A stretch of 60,079 bases of DNA, from assembly GCA_036653735.1 (NCBI GenBank), contig JAVVTI010000002.1, positions 1 through 60,079 of the forward strand, in the 5' to 3' direction. The notes under the pieces were generated by a model that was not told where the DNA came from, did no database searches, and saw only the letters and a list, made by a program, of their open reading frames with translations. Source of the stretch: Bacilli bacterium. GTDB taxonomy: Bacteria > Bacillota_I > Bacilli_A > RF39 > UBA660. Position 1 is the first letter of the stretch. The number at the start of each line of letters is the position of its first letter. This document shows positions 39,956 to 48,655 of this stretch, one piece after another. The position numbers were made by a program, and so were the translations under genes.

Positions 39956-40572
39956 CTTTTAGAAAACCTTCCTAAATCAACAATATTTTCTTTTTTAAAT
40001 CTCCTTATATTATAATCTTCTACTTCACTAGATTTATCATAGAAACTTTTAAATACTTCGCCGTCTCTATAATGCATATTAGTTACATTATAGTTAAAAG
40101 TTTCATAAGGAATAACTTCATTATCACTCTGGTAATAATGAGTCTTCTTGTCTACTACTTCTGTAATCTTAACATCAAACTTCTTACCAATACTATCACT
40201 TTTTAAGAATATAAAACTCTTAACATCAAATACGGGATTTCCATTCTTATCTTTATGATACATACCCTCTATTATATTAAAAACTTCATAATCTGAATTA
40301 TTATCACGAGTAGAAGATGGCAAAAAATAATATACTATACCTTTATTGTACAGCATAATATTATTTTCATCATCTACAGTAGTTGTAGGATTTCCCTTAT
40401 TTTCTAGTTTAATAAGTTTTTTAAATAAGTTCCTAGTAAGTAAAAATATAGCACAATTTCTATCTATATAAGAAGAAATAAACTTATAAGAACTTCTATC
40501 ATTTCCGTCATTTCCTTTTAGATTTTCAGATAATAAGAGCATATTTTTATTATTCAATATATATCTTATCAT
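39949..40572 (-). CDS. Hypothetical protein (207 aa), no recognisable motif
   Basis: Strong AGGAGG RBS and a 7-nt overlap with the downstream methyltransferase gene. No signal peptide. Confidence 0.6.
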   Translation of the reverse strand: MIRYILNNKNMLLLSENLKGNDGNDRSSYKFISSYIDRNCAIFLLTRNLFKKLIKLENKGNPTTTVDDENNIMLYNKGIVYYFLPSSTRDNNSDYEVFNIIEGMYHKDKNGNPVFDVKSFIFLKSDSIGKKFDVKITEVVDKKTHYYQSDNEVIPYETFNYNVTNMHYRDGEVFKSFYDKSSEVEDYNIRRFKKENIVDLGRFSKRW

Positions 40573-40588
40573 ATTCCTCCTATGGTAG

Positions 40589-40616
40589 GCAAAAAAGCCT
40601 TTATTAAAAAGGCTTA
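40589..40616 (-). terminator. Intrinsic terminator or attenuator after rplL
   Basis: Minus strand reads aagcctt-tttaata-aaggctt followed by tttttt. Confidence 0.7.
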
Positions 40617-40620
40617 TTTA

Positions 40621-40986
40621 TTAAACTAATTCTACTGTTGCTCCAACTTCTTCAAATTTTGCTTTTAATTCATTAGCATCATTTAATTTTAAGTTTTCTT
40701 TAACATTTCCACCATTATCAGCAACATCTTTTGCTTCTTTAAGACCTAAACCAGTAATTTCTCTAACTAATTTAATTACTTGTAATTTTTGTCCTCCAGC
40801 ACTAGTTAATACCACTGTTTTAGTAACATCTTCATCAACTACTGCTTCAGCAGGTGCTGCTGCAACTGCTACTGCAGATGGATCAACTCCAAATGTTTCT
40901 TTCATCATGTCTACTAATTCTTTTACCTCAAGAATAGTACTTTCCTTTAAACTTTCAATAATATCTTTATTTGATATCTTAGCCAT
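40621..40986 (-). CDS. rplL: 50S ribosomal protein L7/L12
   Basis: 121 aa with an Ala-rich hinge AVAVAAAPAEA and a C-terminal ..LKEAKDVADNGG.. Confidence 0.95.
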   Translation of the reverse strand: MAKISNKDIIESLKESTILEVKELVDMMKETFGVDPSAVAVAAAPAEAVVDEDVTKTVVLTSAGGQKLQVIKLVREITGLGLKEAKDVADNGGNVKENLKLNDANELKAKFEEVGATVELV

Positions 40987-41492
40987 TATGCTTCTCCTCC
41001 TTCTTTCTCTAATTTTTCAGCATACATATTCAATCCAATACTTAAATTTTTAACATGCTCTATTAAGCCTCCAGCAAACATTGTAAGTAATCCCTCCATA
41101 CTTGGAATAGTTGCATAAGTATTAATAACATTAAGATCAAGAATTTCATTATCTAAATAACCAACTCTTACCTCAAGTGCTTTATGATCCTTAGCAAAAT
41201 TACAAACAAGTTTAATAGGTTCAATAATATCATCAGCAAAAACATAAATATTAGGTCCTGCCATATACTCACTTAAATCTATTTTATTAGCTTTAAGTGC
41301 TATATCCATTAAAGTATTTTTATATACTTTAATTTCAGCATTACTTTTTTTAAGATTACTTCTTAGTGATTCAATTTCACTAACAGTTAAGCCTTGATAA
41401 TTTAAAAGTAAAAACAACTTATTAGATTTTAATTTCTTTTCAATCTCACTAACTGTTTCTTTTTTTAAATTCAAACTTTTAGTACTTGCCAT
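40986..41492 (-). CDS. rplJ: 50S ribosomal protein L10
   Basis: MASTKSLNLKKETVSEIEKKLK... The GGGAGG RBS precedes the ATG at 41492. It lies upstream of rplL. Confidence 0.9.
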   Translation of the reverse strand: MASTKSLNLKKETVSEIEKKLKSNKLFLLLNYQGLTVSEIESLRSNLKKSNAEIKVYKNTLMDIALKANKIDLSEYMAGPNIYVFADDIIEPIKLVCNFAKDHKALEVRVGYLDNEILDLNVINTYATIPSMEGLLTMFAGGLIEHVKNLSIGLNMYAEKLEKEGGEA

Positions 41493-41623
41493 ATTTCCTC
41501 CCTTACATATTAAAAGCTTCCACAAGGAAGCCTTATTTAAAAGTGCTTCCTAAGCAGGATTTACTTTACACCTGCTGTCTTTGGATAACTTTTCATGTCT
41601 TTTTAATTATAATATATAATTAC
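41493..41623 (-). promoter_or_regulatory. rplJ (L10) leader with alternative hairpins (putative L10(L12)4 autoregulatory attenuator)
   Basis: 131-nt structured spacer between rplA and rplJ. It contains cagcaggtgtaaagtaaatcctgct and aaggcttcc-ttgt-ggaagctt hairpins, plus a competing upstream ggaagc. Confidence 0.55.
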
Positions 41624-42319
41624 TTATTTGTCAAAAGAATTTTTATCAACTTTAAGTCCAGGACTCATAGTTGAAGAAATACTAATGTTTTTAATAAATT
41701 CACCTTTAGCTGTTGTTGGTTTATTCTTAACTACTTCGCGATACAAAGCAATAAAGTTTTCATCAAGACTTTTTTCATCAAATGACAATTTACCAATAAT
41801 AGCATGAACATTTCCAAAAGAATCATTTTTGAATTCAACTTGACCTTTTTTAATATTAGTAACAGCAACTTTTACATTATTAGTAACTGTTCCTAATTTA
41901 GGATTTGGCATCAAACCCTTAGGTCCTAATATCTTACCTATTTTACCAAGAGGTACCATTATATCAGGAGTTGCTACAATTGCATCAAAATCAAACCAAG
42001 ATTCCTTAGAAATCTTTTCAATTAATTCTTCTCCTCCTACATAATCAGCTCCTGCTTCATTAGCTTCCTTAACCATAGATTTAGTAAGTACTAAAACTTT
42101 TTTAGTCTTACCAGTTCCATGAGGAAGTACAATAGAACTTCTAACATTCATATCTGTCTTCTTAGCATCAATATTTAATTTAAATGCTACATCAACAGTC
42201 TCATCAAACTTTCTTTTAGATATTTCCTTTAGTAATTTAATCGCTTCATCTTTAGAATAAACTTTGTTCTTTTCTAAACTCTTAGAAGCTTCCACATAAT
42301 TTTTTCCATGTTTCTTCAT
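41624..42319 (-). CDS. rplA: 50S ribosomal protein L1
   Basis: 231 aa with a canonical L1 sequence (..FDETVDVAFKLNID.., LPHGTGK, GPKGLMPNPK). Confidence 0.95.
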   Translation of the reverse strand: MKKHGKNYVEASKSLEKNKVYSKDEAIKLLKEISKRKFDETVDVAFKLNIDAKKTDMNVRSSIVLPHGTGKTKKVLVLTKSMVKEANEAGADYVGGEELIEKISKESWFDFDAIVATPDIMVPLGKIGKILGPKGLMPNPKLGTVTNNVKVAVTNIKKGQVEFKNDSFGNVHAIIGKLSFDEKSLDENFIALYREVVKNKPTTAKGEFIKNISISSTMSPGLKVDKNSFDK

Positions 42320-42345
42320 AGTTTAACCTCCTTGTGGTATATTTT

Positions 42346-42948
42346 TTATTCTTTATCTTTGTCTTTGTCATCATCTGCAGAACTTTGTTCTGTAGTTTCA
42401 ACTTCAACTTTAGCATTATCTTTAGCTGCTTCTTGCATTTCAGTAAGTTCAGCATCAAGTTTAGCCATTTCAGCTTCAGCTTCAGCTGCTTCAGCACCTT
42501 GCTCTTTAAGCTCAGCATCATTAATACCTTTAACAGCAATACCCATATTTCTAGCAGTACCAGAAATAGTGTTCATTGCATTTTCAATATTATCAGTATT
42601 TAGATCTGGTAACTTAATCTCAGCTACACGTCTTAAATCGTCTTTAGTAATTGTCGCAACAACTTCATTCGCTCCCTTAACACTGCCCTTTTTAAGTCCA
42701 GCAGCTTTAAGTAAAAGTGATGCAGTTGGTGGAGTCTTTAAAACAATATCAAAACTCTTATCTTCATAAATAGTAACTTCAGCTGGAATAACTTCACCCA
42801 TTTTATCACGAGTAGCATCATTATACCTTGAGCATAGGTCTTGCAAATTAATTCCTAGTGGACCAAACGCAGTTCCAATTGGTGGGGCTGCTGTTGCTTT
42901 ACCTGCCTCTATTTGAATCTTTACTATTTTAAATACTTTCTTTGCCAT
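42346..42948 (-). CDS. rplK: 50S ribosomal protein L11 with a C-terminal extension of about 60 aa
   Basis: MAKKVFKIVKIQIEAGKATAAPPIGTAFGPLGIN.. is canonical up to ..ARNMGIAVKG, then the Ala/Glu-rich tail follows. The ATG at 42948 has a GGAGG RBS. Confidence 0.9.
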   Translation of the reverse strand: MAKKVFKIVKIQIEAGKATAAPPIGTAFGPLGINLQDLCSRYNDATRDKMGEVIPAEVTIYEDKSFDIVLKTPPTASLLLKAAGLKKGSVKGANEVVATITKDDLRRVAEIKLPDLNTDNIENAMNTISGTARNMGIAVKGINDAELKEQGAEAAEAEAEMAKLDAELTEMQEAAKDNAKVEVETTEQSSADDDKDKDKE

Positions 42949-43020
42949 GAAAAACACCTCCTACTTGTTTATTTTTCAGGTTCTTGGTAATAACGAATAT
43001 TACTTCTCCCAACGAAATTA

Positions 43021-43049
43021 ATAATAACATATTTTTAATACTTTTACAA
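43021..43049 (-). promoter_or_regulatory. Candidate sigma-A promoter for rplK-rplA
   Basis: Minus strand reads TTGTAA, a 17-nt spacer, then TATTAT, in the nusG-rplK spacer. Confidence 0.4.
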
Positions 43050-43078
43050 TTATATTATTAAATTTTATATTATATTCC

Positions 43079-43633
43079 TTAATTCTTAGTTATTTGTAGC
43101 ATATCTACTTCTACTGGAGTCTCTTGTCCAAATAAATCTATAAGTACACTTAACTTCTGATTCTCATCATCTATTGAATCTATTTTACCGTACATTCCTT
43201 TAAATGGTCCATCAATAATACATACTGAATCACCTAAAATAACATTTGTATCAACTACTTTATTTGTACTTTCAACATTTGCTAGTATCTTATCAACTTC
43301 ATGTGGTAAAAGAGGCGTTGGTTTAGCACCCTTTCCACTAGAACCGATAAATCCAGTAACTCCTGGAGTATTACGTACTACATACCATGCTTCATCAGAC
43401 ATAATCATTTCCACTAATACATAACCAGGAAACATTAGTTTAACTTTTTCCTTCTTAACACCATCTTTAATTTCTATTTCTGTTTCAACAGGTAAAATAA
43501 CTCTAAAAATATTATTTTCCATACCCATACTTTCAGTACGCATATCTAAATTTTCTTTTACTTTACTCTCATGACCAGAATATGTATTAACTACATACCA
43601 TAATTTCTGATTTTCTTCTTTTCTCTCGTCCAT
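43079..43633 (-). CDS. nusG: Transcription termination/antitermination factor NusG
   Basis: WYVVNTYSGHESKVKENL (NGN domain) and a KOW motif (GDSVCIIDGPFKGMYGKI). Confidence 0.95.
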   Translation of the reverse strand: MDERKEENQKLWYVVNTYSGHESKVKENLDMRTESMGMENNIFRVILPVETEIEIKDGVKKEKVKLMFPGYVLVEMIMSDEAWYVVRNTPGVTGFIGSSGKGAKPTPLLPHEVDKILANVESTNKVVDTNVILGDSVCIIDGPFKGMYGKIDSIDDENQKLSVLIDLFGQETPVEVDMLQITKN

Positions 43634-43812
43634 TATTTAATAAGCCCCCTTAAAAATGCAAATGAAACATCAAGTCCAAAAAAGAATAATGCAAAAAATA
43701 CTATCATTGCTATACATATAGCAGAATATTTAGCTAATTCCTTTCCTTTAGGAAAATGACTCTTCTTTACTTCGCTAACTACACCAGCAAAGAATTCCTT
43801 AATTTTTCTCAT
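43633..43812 (-). CDS. secE: Preprotein translocase subunit SecE
   Basis: 59 aa with a single TM helix: MRKIKEFFAGVVSEVKKSHFPKGKEL.. The GAAGGAG RBS precedes 43812. It lies upstream of nusG. Confidence 0.8.
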   Translation of the reverse strand: MRKIKEFFAGVVSEVKKSHFPKGKELAKYSAICIAMIVFFALFFFGLDVSFAFLRGLIK

Positions 43813-43932
43813 CTCTACTCCTTCAAAAAAAAACACTTTTGTTTCGTGTATATATACTATATCATAAAATTATATGCATTACAACTATTTTTAATTGAAA
43901 ATTTTAAATAATAAGTTTATATAATATATATT

Positions 43933-43960
43933 TCATATGTTAAAAAAAGTAGAATACATT
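43933..43960 (+). promoter_or_regulatory. Candidate sigma-E-type promoter upstream of sigK
   Basis: TCATATG, a 13-nt spacer, then AATACATT. The recalled consensus is kmATAww-(about 14)-CATACAnT. It sits about 20 nt upstream of the ATG. Confidence 0.3.
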
Positions 43961-43979
43961 TAATTAGTAAGGAGAATCT

Positions 43980-44669
43980 ATGTTAAAAAAAATACTTAAC
44001 TTTTTAAAAACAATGCATATATTTACTACAAGTTATTCTATAAATGTTTTTCCAGAACCTTTAAAATTAGAAGATGAGGAAAAATATATAAAGCTTGCTA
44101 AAAATGGTGATAAACATGCTAGAAATGAACTTATAGAGCATAACTTAAGACTAGTAGCTCATATTGTAAAGAAATATGATAATTATAAGGAATCTTCAGA
44201 TGATCTTATTAGTATTGGTACTATTGGCTTAATAAAAGGAATAGACACATATGAACTTGGTAAAAAAGTAAAACTAAGTTCATATATAGCAAAATGTGCT
44301 GAAAATGAAATTCTTATGCATATAAGAGGGAATAAAAAGAATTTACATAATATAAGTTTAAATGAATGTTTAGGTAGAGATAAAGATGGTAATGAAGTAT
44401 CTTTTATAGATGTAATAGAACAAAAGAATAAAGATATTCATGATACAATATATCTTAAAGATAATATTCATATGTTAAAAGATTTTATTGATATATTAAA
44501 TGATAGAGAAAAGAAAATAATAACATATAGATATGGTTTATATAATAATAATGAATATACACAAAAGGAAATAGCATCTATGTTTCATATAAGTAGAAGC
44601 TATGTATCTAGAATAGAAAAAAGAGCATTAATTAAAATGCTCCGTGAATTTATAAAGAAAGATATTTAA
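43980..44669 (+). CDS. sigK: Sporulation sigma factor SigK (pro-sigma-K, uninterrupted)
   Basis: YSINVFPEPLKLEDEEKYI, ARNELIEHNLRLVAHIVKKY, ENEILMHIRG and GRDKDGNEVSFIDVI match B. subtilis SigK rather than SigE. An N-terminal pro-peptide of about 18 aa is present. Confidence 0.85.
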   Translation: MLKKILNFLKTMHIFTTSYSINVFPEPLKLEDEEKYIKLAKNGDKHARNELIEHNLRLVAHIVKKYDNYKESSDDLISIGTIGLIKGIDTYELGKKVKLSSYIAKCAENEILMHIRGNKKNLHNISLNECLGRDKDGNEVSFIDVIEQKNKDIHDTIYLKDNIHMLKDFIDILNDREKKIITYRYGLYNNNEYTQKEIASMFHISRSYVSRIEKRALIKMLREFIKKDI

Positions 44670-45359
44670 CTATACTAGCTTAGGTCCAAATGTATCATTA
44701 TATTGTTTACTTACTCCACATACATTTTCAGTTATTACTATTTTATTACTTTGCTCTACATTTGCAAAACCATCAAAAACTTGATTATATGTAGAAACTA
44801 TATTTGCATTGCCTATTATTTGTCCTACAATACTTTGTCCTAAAACATTAGCTTTTACTGGACTTTGTGCAGTAAAGAAATACTTAGAAGACTTACCCAC
44901 AAGAGCTCCTACATTACTTATTCCTTCTACTACACCCTCAATATTACATTTATCAACTTCACCATTCATTGTACCAGCTAAAATTCCTACATTATCTTTT
45001 CCTTTAATCATAGCATTTTCTATATCTAACTCATATACATTAAAAATTGTATTCTTACAGCAATTAAATAATCCTACATTATTTTCACTTTCTCTATTAA
45101 TAAATAAATCTTTAATTAAATGTTTATATCCATAAAATTCTACTAGTTCACCCTTAAGATCAATAGGCTCAAAACCTTTATATAATTCTTTATCTTTATT
45201 ATATTCTTCTAGAAATTTGAAGTAACTACTGGCATATCTATAACTATCTATATCATGAAAAAATAAATTTCCAAAAAGATTAATAGTATGATTTTCATTT
45301 TCCTTTAATCCTCTTATCTTTTCTAAATCTTCAATATAATAAATATCTATAACGCTCAT
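44670..45359 (-). CDS. GLUG-motif-like repeat protein (no signal peptide), co-oriented 3 nt downstream of ileS
   Basis: NVGLFNCCKNTIFNV..IKGKDNVGILAGTMNGEVDKCNIEGVVEGISNVGALVGKS resembles GLUG/beta-helix repeats (recollection). Confidence 0.45.
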   Translation of the reverse strand: MSVIDIYYIEDLEKIRGLKENENHTINLFGNLFFHDIDSYRYASSYFKFLEEYNKDKELYKGFEPIDLKGELVEFYGYKHLIKDLFINRESENNVGLFNCCKNTIFNVYELDIENAMIKGKDNVGILAGTMNGEVDKCNIEGVVEGISNVGALVGKSSKYFFTAQSPVKANVLGQSIVGQIIGNANIVSTYNQVFDGFANVEQSNKIVITENVCGVSKQYNDTFGPKLV

Positions 45360-45361
45360 AT

Positions 45362-48300
45362 TTAATTTACCTTTCTCATCATAACAGTGTAATTAAATTC
45401 ATCTTCTATTTCTTTAATAAAATCATATTTTTGATTATTATCAAATGTAGCAAGTAGTTCTTTTTCTATTTCCTTTTTATATGAATTTATTATATCACAT
45501 AAATCTTTATTATTAGATATTATATTAATATATATTCTATCTTCTACATTAAATAGTGCTTCTTTTCTTAGAAGCTGGCATGTTCTTACTATTTCTCTAA
45601 AGACTCCTTCACGCTCTAGCTCTTTAGTAATATGAGTATCTATTACTACAAATTTATTATTATTTTCCTGTGCATCAAAACCTTCTTTAGAAGATAAATT
45701 GAGTTCTACCATATCATTAGTAATAAAGAATGGCACATTATTAATAATGATTTTCTTATTAACAACATCTTCTATGTTCATATTTTTAATAGTTTTAGCA
45801 AAATCATTTATAGATGAACCTAATATAGGACCACACTTCTTATAATTAGGTTTTAATTCTATATTCATATAAATACTTAGGTCATCTTCAAAACATACTG
45901 TTTTAACATTAAGTTCTTCATTAATAATACTAGAAAAATCATTTAAAAGTTCTTTACTCTTACCATCTAATATAATCTTACTAATAGGTTGTCTTATTTT
46001 AATCTTCGCACTTTCTCTACAAGCTCTACCTAGTACAACAATATTTTTTACTTCTTCCATCTCTTCTTCAAGTTTATTATTTATAAATTCTTCATTACAC
46101 ACTGGAAAATCACTTAAATGAACACTTTCTTCGCCAGTTAAATTAATAAATATTTCATCTGCTATAAATGATGAAACGGGTGCTATTAATTTACATATAC
46201 CACAAAGAACTTCATATGTTACTTTATAAACTGCATTTTTATTCATAGATGACGATGTAGCCCAAAATCTTTTTCTATTTCTTCTTATATACCAGTTAGA
46301 CAAATCATCAATAACAAAAGATGATATACTTTTTACTACTCTATTTAAATCATATTCATCATAAGCCTTAGTAACATAATCTACCAAATTATTATATTTA
46401 CTCATTATCCATAAATCTATTAATTCATAATCTTTTTTAGTAGCTAATAGAAATTCTTTATCTAAATTATCAGCATTAGCATACATTTCAAAAAAACTAT
46501 ATGTATTTTTAAGACTACCAAAAAATTTACTTGTTACATCTTTAAGGCCATCTTCATCAAATTTAATAGGAAGCCAAACTGGTGAAATATACGGTAAATA
46601 CCATCTTATAGCATCTGAACCATACTTTTCGATTAGACCAAATGGCTCTATAGAATTTCCTTTACTTTTGTGCATCTTTTTACCATATTTATCTAGAAGT
46701 AATTCATTAACAAGAACATTTTTATAAGGGCTCTTTCCTGTTAAAAATACACTTATTACCATAAGAGAATAGAACCACCCTCTTGTTTGATCAATTCCCT
46801 CTGCGATAAAATCAGCTGGAAACTGACTATCAAAAAGTTTTTTATTCTCAAATGGATAATGATATTGACTAAATGGCATAGATCCACTATCAAACCAACA
46901 ATCAATTACGCTTTTTACACGTGTCATCTTTTTACCACATTTATCACAAATAATACAAATGTCATCTACAAATGGGCGATGAAGATCTATATCTTCATCA
47001 TTTATTTCTTTAATAGAAAGTTCTTTAAGTTCTTTGATAGAACCAATCATATGATCATGACCACATGAGCATCTCCATAAAGGAAGAGGTGTACCCCAGT
47101 ATCTATTACGAGAAATAGCCCAATCATTTAAGTTTTCAAGCCAGTTGCCAAATCTCTTTTCACCAACATATGATGGATACCAAGATACTGTCTTATTAGC
47201 TTTTATAATTTTATTTTTTATCTTTGTAATTTCTAGATAGAAAGATGGTTTACTACAGTATATTAAAGGACTGTTACATCTCCAACAATGGGGATAATTA
47301 TGTAGCATCTTTTGTTTCTTAAATAATAAGTTATTTTCTTTTAAATATTCAATTACTTTTATATCCGCATCAAATACAAGCATATCTTTCCAAGGACCTT
47401 CTGCATATAAACCCTTTTCATTAACTGGATTTAATAGAGGCAGATTATATTTTCTTCCTACTTTAGAATCATCTTCACCAAAACAAGGTGCAATATGTAC
47501 TATTCCAGTTCCACTATCTACTGTTACATATGAATCACAACATATGAAGAATCCTTTTTTATCTACAGGAAGAAAATCTAAAAGTCTATCATACTCTTTA
47601 TATTCAAGAGTTTTACCTAGAAATTCACTTTTCACTTCATATTCATCAAATAAAGTGCTTACTAATTTCTTGGCAACTATATAAGAATTATTATGAGATT
47701 CTACCTTTACATATACTTCATTTGGATTAACACATAACCCAGTATTTGCTATTAATGTCCATGGGGTAGTAGTCCATACCAGTAAATATGTATTTTCATT
47801 TTTAAGTTTAAATGGTACTGTTACAGTAGTAACAGTAATCTCTTTATATCCCTGAGCTACTTCATGAGAAGCAAGACCTGTTCCACATCTAGGACAATAA
47901 GGTAATATCTTTTGGCCCTCATAGAATAAGCCTTCATCAAAAAACTTCTTAAGTATATACCACTCTGTTTCTATATACTTATTATCATATGTAATATACT
48001 TGTTTTCCATATCAATAAATTGACCCATTTCTGTAGTAAGTTTCTTAAATGCTTCCTCATTCTTCCAGACGTTTTCTTTACATTTTATATTAAACTTATC
48101 TATACCATACTTTTCAATATCACTTTTATCACTAAAACCTAATTCTTTTTCTACTTGTACCTCAACTGGAAGACCATGAGTATCCCAACCTATCTTTCTA
48201 AGTACTTTGTTACCTTTCATAGTTCTATATTTACAAAAACTATCTTTTAACATTTTAGCTAGCATATGATGAAGACCAGGATAGCCATTAGCTGTTGCAG

Positions 48301-48436
48301 GACCATCATAAAAAACAAACATCTTCTTATCATCTTTAGTATCTATGCTCTTTTGAAAAATATTATTTTCCTCCCAATATAGACTCATGTCCTTTTCATT
48401 TTCACTTACTTTTTTATTATTTAACTTCTTATACAT
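45362..48436 (-). CDS. ileS: Isoleucine--tRNA ligase, type 2 (eukaryote/archaeal-like long form)
   Basis: 1024 aa. PATANGYPGLHHMLAKMLKD (HIGH-type), KMHKSKGN (KMSKS), WTTTPWTL (editing domain). No C-terminal Zn-finger of the type-1 form was seen. Confidence 0.9.
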   Translation of the reverse strand: MYKKLNNKKVSENEKDMSLYWEENNIFQKSIDTKDDKKMFVFYDGPATANGYPGLHHMLAKMLKDSFCKYRTMKGNKVLRKIGWDTHGLPVEVQVEKELGFSDKSDIEKYGIDKFNIKCKENVWKNEEAFKKLTTEMGQFIDMENKYITYDNKYIETEWYILKKFFDEGLFYEGQKILPYCPRCGTGLASHEVAQGYKEITVTTVTVPFKLKNENTYLLVWTTTPWTLIANTGLCVNPNEVYVKVESHNNSYIVAKKLVSTLFDEYEVKSEFLGKTLEYKEYDRLLDFLPVDKKGFFICCDSYVTVDSGTGIVHIAPCFGEDDSKVGRKYNLPLLNPVNEKGLYAEGPWKDMLVFDADIKVIEYLKENNLLFKKQKMLHNYPHCWRCNSPLIYCSKPSFYLEITKIKNKIIKANKTVSWYPSYVGEKRFGNWLENLNDWAISRNRYWGTPLPLWRCSCGHDHMIGSIKELKELSIKEINDEDIDLHRPFVDDICIICDKCGKKMTRVKSVIDCWFDSGSMPFSQYHYPFENKKLFDSQFPADFIAEGIDQTRGWFYSLMVISVFLTGKSPYKNVLVNELLLDKYGKKMHKSKGNSIEPFGLIEKYGSDAIRWYLPYISPVWLPIKFDEDGLKDVTSKFFGSLKNTYSFFEMYANADNLDKEFLLATKKDYELIDLWIMSKYNNLVDYVTKAYDEYDLNRVVKSISSFVIDDLSNWYIRRNRKRFWATSSSMNKNAVYKVTYEVLCGICKLIAPVSSFIADEIFINLTGEESVHLSDFPVCNEEFINNKLEEEMEEVKNIVVLGRACRESAKIKIRQPISKIILDGKSKELLNDFSSIINEELNVKTVCFEDDLSIYMNIELKPNYKKCGPILGSSINDFAKTIKNMNIEDVVNKKIIINNVPFFITNDMVELNLSSKEGFDAQENNNKFVVIDTHITKELEREGVFREIVRTCQLLRKEALFNVEDRIYINIISNNKDLCDIINSYKKEIEKELLATFDNNQKYDFIKEIEDEFNYTVMMRKVN

Positions 48437-48650
48437 TTGTATTTCCTTTCTTAAAAAATAAAAAAGTTATCATAAGGAGCATATTATGCGGTACCATCCT
48501 TAAAATAACTTAATTTTTTATAACGCATACCTGCGGTTTATTTAACATAAACATCATCAAGAGTGATACATATATATTTTATTATTAGTTTACACCAAAC
48601 ACTAACTCTCTTAAATATAAAAACATATAACGTCTCTTTCATTTGATTTA
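48437..48650 (-). promoter_or_regulatory. T-box riboswitch leader of ileS (candidate specifier AUC = Ile)
   Basis: Minus strand carries an AGAGAG bulge plus a TGGTGTAAA distal loop. ATC-A lies at 48565-48567 next to CTCTT, which can pair with AAGAG. The T-box sequence GGATGGTACCGC is at 48488-48499. A terminator helix (gttat..aagga / tcctt..ataac) followed by ttttttatttttt spans 48453-48509. Confidence 0.8.
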
Positions 48651-48655
48651 AATAA

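Noticed and set aside
42282-42769. Three overlapping ORFs (42282-42539 minus, 42308-42769 plus, 42334-42603 plus) across the rplK tail and rplA start.
   Set aside because: They are generated by the gct/gaa-periodic low-complexity tract that encodes the L11 tail. The L11 frame is the only one continuous with a conserved protein and an RBS.
43980-44669. Possible skin-like prophage interruption of sigK.
   Set aside because: The ORF is continuous through regions 2-4 of the sigma factor (229 aa), with no recombinase gene nearby, so it is not interrupted.
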